Positions 56,443 through 64,000 of a stretch of 64,000 bases of DNA are shown piece by piece. The stretch lies in contig OX597814.1 in assembly GCA_951406725.2 (NCBI GenBank), forward strand, positions 22,444,001 through 22,508,000, read 5' to 3'. How positions within the stretch are numbered: position 1 is the first letter of the stretch; each line of letters opens with the position of its first letter. The DNA is from Octopus vulgaris (lineage: Eukaryota). The notes under the pieces were generated by a model. That model was not told the origin of the DNA and made no database searches. It was given only the letters and a program-made list of their open reading frames with translations. Both the position numbers and the translations under genes were made by a program.

Positions 56443-56443
56443 T
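56289..56443. repeat. (CCT)n with periodic GCT, followed by (ACT)n
   Basis: Directly visible. Confidence 0.95.
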
Positions 56444-57886
56444 ATTTTTAAAATCCTGCCGATTGTTCCTTATCACTTAGATGGGAGTAATTAGGGTTGC
56501 AAATCAGCTGTTATTTTGCCCTTAATGCTATTCACATATCATCTCTTTGTCAGATTTACTATTATTAGTGAAAATTCACTTAGTTTTCATCCATACGAAT
56601 CAGCTTTTTCAAACCATTTCAAAACAACTTCACCCTGCGTACATTGTACATTACTAAAAAAAAATCATTAGAAACCTGAAGATATTTCACTTTCATATTT
56701 TAAATCAAAGTTAAACAATATACGCACTACTCCACACACTCACCATCAAATTTTCATATTCCTCAACTCTGAACTTTGACCACAACTTTGCACGTTATAA
56801 CACATCTAAACTTAGTAAACATAATAAAACCACAAACTAACAGTACACCAAAGCGTGCAACTTCTATGATCGTAAAAGCCGCTCTGGAAAGTCTGACTAC
56901 CATGTTCATAGCATTGTGAAACAATGCGTAGCTACCACCAAAAATCATTCAAACATTACATCAGTATGACTCCAAACATGTTTAAATCAAGGTTCTACCT
57001 AGTTCATGCATACTTTTGGCCATTATTACAGAGAAAAAATATTCAATGGTTTCATACATTTGGTTGTTAGACGATTAACCAGCATATATCTTGTTACGTG
57101 TAGTACATTCTTGAGAGTGGAAGAAAATGAGGGGAATAATCCTATAAACTTTGAACCAAGAGGAACTATTATACTCTTTTTGCCGAAGCCCCAGTAACTA
57201 TATGCGGTTCAGAAAAAAAAATCAAACTCTAGAAGTTCAAGTCAAATAAATTACCAGTAACGTTATTGGTAAAATGAATCATAAAACACGAGGCATTATC
57301 AATTAGCTGTATATACAGGAATATAGTATGTGTAATACGTTGGCCAGCCTACATAGGCCTTATATTAACGTCTCAATGATCACAGACATGTGCTGAAATG
57401 TTTTACACAATTTTCAGGAAACGTAAGGAAGGATTTGTGTGCTGTAGGACACAGATAATTATCTAGAATTGAACGAAGTTAATTGAACAAACATTATTAC
57501 CAGTTATATTATTGGTAAAATGAATTATAAAACACGAATGGGAGAATTCTGGTATTAGGAGGTCACTTTGTAGTTAAAAATATATTGAGCTGGGCTGAAA
57601 GTGACATTAGTTGGCTACTAAGCGCATTACGTCGGCGTGATTCGCCTTTTTGGAAGCAGATACCTTCATAGTCATTTTGAACTAAGACAGGGCATTTATT
57701 CTTTTATATAGAAAACTGTACACACAAATATGGGCAGAGGTAGACACACAAAGAGATACATATAAAATATACACACTTACACACACTCTCACATATACAT
57801 GCACTTTATATATGTACACATATATAGCTGTGTGTGTATGTCTGTTTATGTATATATACATATAAATATACATATATATATATGTA

Positions 57887-57939
<53 letters not shown>

Positions 57940-57945
<6 letters not shown>

Positions 57946-58560
57946 AAGGTTTGAAAATGCAATTTAAACGATGTTTATTTACTTAACCGGTTTCACTCTT
58001 TGGTAAAAGATTGTCAAAAGTAACATTTAAGGAAACATTGAATAATATGGGTTCAAAAAAGTTTTTTACATAATTGTCACATTGAATATTATGCATTCAA
58101 AAAAGTTTTTTACATAATTGTCACATTGGATATTATGAATTCAAAAATGTTTTTTTATACATAATTGTCACATTACATGCATAAATATAGTGTATGGTAA
58201 CAGAGAAGTTCAATAGTGTGATGAGAATATTTGGGAAAATCTGGCAGAAAAGGATAAAACAAATATATTATTGGGAATTGGTTGCGTTAATTATTGGTTG
58301 TCGCAAATTGTCACATTACATGTATATATATACAGTCTTTGGTATATATATACAGCCTTTTGACAGCAAAAATTAAAATGGATTTTTTATACATCTCAGA
58401 ATATTTTAAGTTCAAGGCGAGAATATATTTTTACTGACCTGTTGGTATTAGCAGAAAGGCTGAACTGAGAGAAAAGAAGAAGTAGCCAATGTGGTGTATA
58501 CTTCCCCTTTATGCATGAATGATTTTGGGGTTATCAGGAGGTTAGTATGCGGGTGTGAAT
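57940..58560 (-). mobile_element. Probable Penelope-type terminal fragment with a hammerhead motif and a ~47-bp internal triplication
   Basis: Bounded by (TA)n; hammerhead-like motif near the left end, as in the element at 59497; ttcaaaaa..ttttttacataattgtcacatt three times at ~58052-58175. Confidence 0.55.
57979..58023 (-). ncRNA. Hammerhead-like motif, U3:A8 core, imperfect stem II
   Basis: Minus strand: UUACUU UUGACAA UCUUU uacc AAAGA gu GAAA CCGG UU^AAGUAA. Confidence 0.6.
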
Positions 58561-58632
58561 AGATGTGAATATATATATATATATAGTATGCGGGTGTGAA
58601 TAGATGTGAATATATATATATATATATATATG

Positions 58633-58670
<38 letters not shown>

Positions 58671-58673
<3 letters not shown>

Positions 58674-59046
58674 TTGCGTCAGAAATTAATTAGCACTTCT
58701 CAAATTTCTACATTAAATAGATTAAATCAATTAACTTATGAGCTGTTCAAAACGTCTTACGCGATGAGAAAACTTAGTATGGTGTGATTTCGGTCCTTGC
58801 AAGGCGCTACCTATATCTATTAAACAAAGGAAGATTTGTCTGCATCCGCACTCCAAGTTGTTGTTGCACTGCTATGTCAACATCATAAGGCTGTAGACTC
58901 CAAACTGCTCTGCAAACAAAGTTACGTCATCGTTCTGCGCAACAGTGAACTCGCAACAAAGCAATAGTTCGAGATATGGCCACTAGGTGACAGCACATAC
59001 CTTGAGTGAAGCGCAAATCAAGGGTGCTAATTAATTTCTGACGGTA

Positions 59047-59049
<3 letters not shown>
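58671..59049. mobile_element. Tc1/mariner-type MITE (379 bp) in (TA)n
   Basis: TIRs CACTTGCGTCAGAAATTAATTAGCAC / reverse complement CACTACCGTCAGAAATTAATTAGCAC; TA on both sides. Confidence 0.88.
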
Positions 59050-59080
<31 letters not shown>

Positions 59081-59162
59081 TTTATTTAAAGCATATTACT
59101 CTACCACTGGTATTTGAGTACTCTTTTTTCCACCTTGTTTCACATTTATGTGTTTATTCCGG

Positions 59163-59193
<31 letters not shown>

Positions 59194-59431
59194 ACTTTCT
59201 ATATATTGTTTATTCATTTTTGTACTTTTTGTGATCTAGTTATATGCTTTATGATATATTTTAGTTTTTCTTTATGATTTGGTTTATGTCTATCATTGCT
59301 TGAATTGCATGATAGTGCCTTATCTCTAATTTATCTATATTATATATTTATATTGTGAAGTGTGATTTAATACTAAATTGAATTTTTCCCTGTAAGTTTA
59401 GAATTATACTCCCTAATATTATTATTATTAT

Positions 59432-59500
<69 letters not shown>

Positions 59501-59581
59501 AAGGGTGAAAAGGAACACACGAGTTGATATATATGAAAAAATAAGTCAAAAATAGAAAATGCTAAAATAATTTATAGTGAA

Positions 59582-59629
59582 CATTTCAGTACCGGTTTCA
59601 GTCATTTTGAGACCTTTTCAACTGTAACG
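59582..59629 (-). ncRNA. Minimal hammerhead ribozyme (U3:A8) in the Penelope 3' end
   Basis: Minus strand: cguuaCAG UUGAAAA GGUC ucaaaau GACU GAAA CCGG UA^CUG aaaug. Confidence 0.78.
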
Positions 59630-60412
59630 ATTAAATAATTAAATTTAGAAAAATTAGAAGAAAAGTTTTTTTAAAAGAATATTTCTATAGTAGTGTTCAG
59701 ATTTAAGTGGCATTCTGCCTTTCTCTGACTCCCTTGTTTGCACTTGTGTGTCGGAGGTCGTTGTGAGTTCTTGGAAGGGTAGTAGAGGAAGAAGGCTGGT
59801 GGGGAAAGGGGGATGGGAGAATCTGGGAGTGCCCTGATGGTCGTATTTTGAATGGTCAGTGGCGGCTGGCAGTCTCAGTTCAATTCAGGAGAATATTTAT
59901 ATTGACAGGCTTGTTTATAGAATTAGCGTAGGTGTTATACTAAAAAACATTAGTGACAAAGTTAAGGGGTGGGGGTGGAGAAGTAGAGGAAGAAGAAGAA
60001 GAAGAAGAAGGAGAAGGAGAAGATGACGATGATGGTGGTGGTGGTGATGATTATGACGACGATGATGATGATAATGATGATGATGAAGAAGAAGAAGAAG
60101 AAGAAGGAGGAGAAGGAGAAGATGGTGGTGATGATGATGACGACGATGATGATGATAATGATGATGATGAAGAAGAAGAAGAAGAAGAAGGAGGAGAAGG
60201 AGAAGATGGTGGTGATGATGATGACGACGATGATGATGATAATGATGATGATGAAGAAGAAGAGGAAGAAGAAGAAGAAGAAAAAAACAGAGAAGGGGGA
60301 ATATGAATGGGTGTAAGTATAGCTATGAAGGGGCTGATTAGTAATGGATTCTATGGAGTGTAATATGTGTGTGTGTATATATATTTTTCTTTTATTCTAA
60401 AGTTGAGGTATA

Positions 60413-62233
60413 TTAATTGCTTGTCGTAGACCCGTTTAGAAGTGGCTTGTATTTTATAATAAAGAGATTTTCTTTACTTATTCGTTGTCTCGAGGTTGTA
60501 TCGTCCCTAAATTGGTAGAGGGGGAAAATTCTGAAGTTTGGTGTTTTTTTGTTGGCGCAAGTATCTATGTGTTGGCTAAAAGCTATTTTTCTGTTTTGGG
60601 GAATTTTTATCTGGGATCTGTGCAGGGCCATTCGTTTACGCAAACCATTTTTTGTTTGGCCTATGTACTGCTCTTGACACCCGGAGCAGGTTAGTGAGTA
60701 TATTAGGTTCTCCGAAGCACATGTGAAGTTGCTTTTCACTGTAAACCGTTGTCCCTGCTTGAAGGAGAACTCTGATCCCTCAATTAGATAGTCGCATATC
60801 CCGCAATTGGGTCTTCCACATTTTTTTACTGTCGGCTTCTGTGTTGAGGAGTGAATTCGGGCTTGTGTAAGGAGACTTTTCATGGATCTAGGCTGTCTTT
60901 TGCTTTTTATGATCGTGTGTGTTTGGAGGATTGTGTTCATTCTGTGGTCTTTTTTTAGGAGGGGTATGTTGTGGAGGATGGTGTCGAAGGCTTCGTTATT
61001 GAGAGGGTTGTGTGTGGAGATGTATGGTAAGGCTTTTGGTTGTAAGTTTTTCTTTGTTTTGGGATGTCTCAGTTCCTTGATGTTAAGTTGAAGGGCACGT
61101 TGAATGCACTTGTCAATAAGTGAAGGTGGATAGTTCCTGGTGATTAGGGTATCTTTTAGTTCTTGTAGTCGTGTGTCTCTGGTGTTTGCGTTAGAGACTA
61201 TAGTGCATATCCTTTTTGCTAGATTGAAGGGGATATTCATCCTGGTGTGTCTGGGGTGGCATGAATTGAATGGAAGATATTGCTTAGAGTCTGTAGGCTT
61301 ATAGTATATGTCTGTTTCTATTATATTATTAGCTTTCTTAATGAGGATATCGAGGAAGGGGAGTTGTTGTTGGCTATATTCCATCGTGAATTGGATGTTT
61401 ACGTCCAGTCCGTTTAAAATTTTCTGGAATTCTATGAGTTTTCCTATATTTTTATGCCAAAGGATGAAACAGTCATCTAGATATCTCTTCCAGTTGTTTT
61501 CTATGTAGATGGAGAAAGGGCTGCCATATCTTTCTAGAACCTTACGATACAGACTGATCTCTAGGTATCCTATGACTAGGTTGGCAAAGGAGGGGGCCAT
61601 TCGTGTACCCATCGCAGTCCCCGATTTTTGTCGGTAGAAGTTGTCATTGAAGGCGAAGAAGTTATTTTCCAGGATGAATTTGACCCCTTCTATCACAAAT
61701 TCTTTTTTGATGCGGTGTGGTAGTTCGTTGGCGTGATTCTCTAGCCAGAATTGGATTGCCTCTAGTCCTAGGTTGTGGGGGATATTGGAGTAGAGGTTGA
61801 CTACATCGAAGGATACCAGTATGGTGTTTTTGTTTATAGTATTCGGTAGGTGATTGAGCATATCTAAGTCGTCCCTTATATAGCTTTTGACATGTTTGAG
61901 GAGTGGTTTTAACAGGGTGTCTAAAAAGTTACTGAGGCGGTGGGTTTCGCCTGCGGGACCTGCTATTATGGGTCTCAATTTGAGGTCATTAGGATTAGGG
62001 ACTTTAATTATTTTGTCTGTAGCTATCTTGCATGCGTTGCTTATTTTTTCACTTTTGTGGATCTTAGGTATACCGTAGAATTGGCTAGTTTTACTTGTGA
62101 AATTGGTCATATAATCATATTCTTTGTCGGTGAGCCCTGCTTTGTATGGGTTTAATATGGATTTTAGTTCCCTCATTATTTTTTGTTGACTGTAGTTTTG
62201 TGCCTTTTCATAGTATGTTGTGTCTTCCAGCAT
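60413..62233 (-). CDS. Penelope-like reverse transcriptase / GIY-YIG endonuclease (606-aa open, N-truncated segment; Neptune-like Cys linker)
   Basis: FYGIPKIHK, LRPII, SFDVVNLYSNI, QKSGTAMG, WKRYLDD, FLDI, YYKPT; CGRPNCGIC linker; NLIYSLTC..C...YIGQT..LRKRMALH. Confidence 0.95.
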   Translation of the reverse strand: MLEDTTYYEKAQNYSQQKIMRELKSILNPYKAGLTDKEYDYMTNFTSKTSQFYGIPKIHKSEKISNACKIATDKIIKVPNPNDLKLRPIIAGPAGETHRLSNFLDTLLKPLLKHVKSYIRDDLDMLNHLPNTINKNTILVSFDVVNLYSNIPHNLGLEAIQFWLENHANELPHRIKKEFVIEGVKFILENNFFAFNDNFYRQKSGTAMGTRMAPSFANLVIGYLEISLYRKVLERYGSPFSIYIENNWKRYLDDCFILWHKNIGKLIEFQKILNGLDVNIQFTMEYSQQQLPFLDILIKKANNIIETDIYYKPTDSKQYLPFNSCHPRHTRMNIPFNLAKRICTIVSNANTRDTRLQELKDTLITRNYPPSLIDKCIQRALQLNIKELRHPKTKKNLQPKALPYISTHNPLNNEAFDTILHNIPLLKKDHRMNTILQTHTIIKSKRQPRSMKSLLTQARIHSSTQKPTVKKCGRPNCGICDYLIEGSEFSFKQGQRFTVKSNFTCASENLIYSLTCSGCQEQYIGQTKNGLRKRMALHRSQIKIPQNRKIAFSQHIDTCANKKTPNFRIFPLYQFRDDTTSRQRISKENLFIIKYKPLLNGSTTSN

Positions 62234-63096
62234 AGAGACAACGAATAAGTAAAGAAAATCTCTTTATTACAAAATACAAGCCACTTCTAAACGGGTCTAC
62301 GACAAGCAATTAATATACCTCAACTTTAGAATAAAAGAAAAATATATATACACACACACATATTACACTCCATAGAATCCATTACTAATCAGCCCCTTCA
62401 TAGCTATACTTACACCCATTCATATTCCCCCTTCTCTGTTTTTTTCTTCTTCTTCTTCTTCCTCTTCTTCTTCATCATCATCATTATCATCATCATCGTC
62501 GTCATCATCATCACCACCATCTTCTCCTTCTCCTCCTTCTTCTTCTTCTTCTTCTTCATCATCATCATTATCATCATCATCGTCGTCATCATCATCACCA
62601 CCATCTTCTCCTTCTCCTCCTTCTTCTTCTTCTTCTTCTTCATCATCATCATTATCATCATCATCGTCGTCATAATCATCACCACCACCACCATCATCGT
62701 CATCTTCTCCTTCTCCTTCTTCTTCTTCTTCTTCTTCCTCTACTTCTCCACCCCCACCCCTTAACTTTGTCACTAATGTTTTTTAGTATAACACCTACGC
62801 TAATTCTATAAACAAGCCTGTCAATATAAATATTCTCCTGAATTGAACTGAGACTGCCAGCCGCCACTGACCATTCAAAATACGACCATCAGGGCACTCC
62901 CAGATTCTCCCATCCCCCTTTCCCCACCAGCCTTCTTCCTCTACTACCCTTCCAAGAACTCACAACGACCTCCGACACACAAGTGCAAACAAGGGAGTCA
63001 GAGAAAGGCAGAATGCCACTTAAATCTGAACACTACTATAGAAATATTCTTTTAAAAAAACTTTTCTTCTAATTTTTCTAAATTTAATTATTTAAT

Positions 63097-63144
63097 CGTT
63101 ACAGTTGAAAAGGTCTCAAAATGACCGAAACCGGTACTGAAATG
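63097..63144 (+). ncRNA. Minimal hammerhead ribozyme (U3:A8) in the inverted Penelope end
   Basis: cgttaCAG TTGAAAA GGTC tcaaaat GACC GAAA CCGG TA^CTG aaatg; predicted cleavage after 63136. Confidence 0.82.
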
Positions 63145-63187
63145 TTCACTATAAATTATTTTAGCATTTTCTATTTTTGACTTATTT

Positions 63188-63245
<58 letters not shown>

Positions 63246-63733
63246 GTATATATATACATATATGTATGTATGTATGTATGTAAGTATGTATGTATGTATG
63301 TATGTATGTACGTATGTATGTATGTATACGAGGATGTAGAGCAAGAAAGAGAAGATATATGTCTTGTATATATTTATTGATAAGAGAAATGAGATTACGA
63401 AGATGAAGCCTGCAACTATGTCACCAGTATATCTCAAACAATGAAACGAAGATTACCATGAGAAATTCTTTCTAAATATTGGTTTCCTGAACATTGATGA
63501 TATCATGAAAATACTTTCGCCTTCAGCATCAACTTTTCCTTCTAAGATATTTATATATCTGTCTCTGTATATGAATTTTATTTCAGATTGAATCTATTTC
63601 ACGAAAAGTACTTGCTTTCATTCATAATCAGTGACATTGCACCAAATTTCTCTACTATACTTAACGGTACGTTGTTGTTTTGTGAAATAGTCCAAATAAC
63701 CAAAAATAGATTATATGGGATTTATATTAATTA

Positions 63734-64000
63734 CTAGCAGCATAGCCCGGCGTTGCCCGGGTATGTAAGAGCCCCTAGTAGGCAACGACTAATCCCAATG
63801 TAGTCCTTTCCCTCCAGGGAACGAAGGTGCATGTGGACGTTGCAATGTCTTGTCTTCACTGGAATACTTCTGTATATACGATGTTCCTAGCTGTCCGTTT
63901 GGGCGAAAACATGAAAACATCATTGCGCCTCCCAACGCGTGAACAGCCCACGTAGAGTTGACCGTGGGCGAAGCACTGTTCGCCCAAATGTAACCCAGCG
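63734..64000 (-). mobile_element. Helitron 3' end (continues beyond the window)
   Basis: Minus strand ends CCCGG gcaacg CCGGG ctatgctg CTAG, followed by T; helicase C-terminus immediately upstream. Confidence 0.92.
63856..63999 (-). CDS. Helitron Rep/helicase (PIF1-like) C-terminus, partial
   Basis: AGLHLGEQCFAHGQLYVGCSRVGRRNDVFMFSPKRTARNIVYTEVFQ*, containing helicase motif VI HGQLYV..SRV. Confidence 0.92.
   Translation of the reverse strand, partial: AGLHLGEQCFAHGQLYVGCSRVGRRNDVFMFSPKRTARNIVYTEVFQ

Larger units (their letters stand above)
59497..63199 (-). mobile_element. Penelope-like element, 5'-truncated, with an inverted copy of its 3' end
   Basis: RT + GIY-YIG ORF; arms 59527-60491 and 62235-63199 are reverse complements (coordinate sum 122726); (TA)n on both flanks. 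Confidence 0.95.

Noticed and set aside
59953-60306. Acidic D/E-rich ORF and its mirror at 62420-62773
   Set aside because: Trinucleotide repeats in the Penelope 3' UTR, antisense to the element, with a GTG start only

Overview
Repeat-dense, AT- and microsatellite-rich animal genomic DNA, most likely Octopus (inferred from the SINE families and microsatellite load). No host gene can be supported. The window is a mosaic of mobile elements: R4/Dong-type restriction-like-endonuclease retrotransposon remnants, a near full-length disrupted RTE LINE, a CR1/L2-type LINE remnant, tRNA-derived SINEs, a maT-type Tc1/mariner element, MITEs, a hAT (Buster/Charlie) remnant, a 32-bp satellite with a 64-bp higher-order core, a 3-LTR tandem non-autonomous Gypsy-type element, a Penelope-like element (RT + GIY-YIG) with a ~965-bp inverted end, and a Helitron 3' end. 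The most notable signal is a set of minimal type-I hammerhead ribozyme motifs. These include a 363-bp head-to-tail dimer (10755-11480) carrying one U3:A8-variant hammerhead per unit at the tip of a long hairpin, a diverged and circularly permuted relative with covarying helices (8161-8490), and the same UUGAAAA core in the ends of the Penelope element. Together they suggest a retrozyme (self-cleaving circular RNA) family mobilised by a Penelope RT. All calls were made by eye; none were checked against databases.
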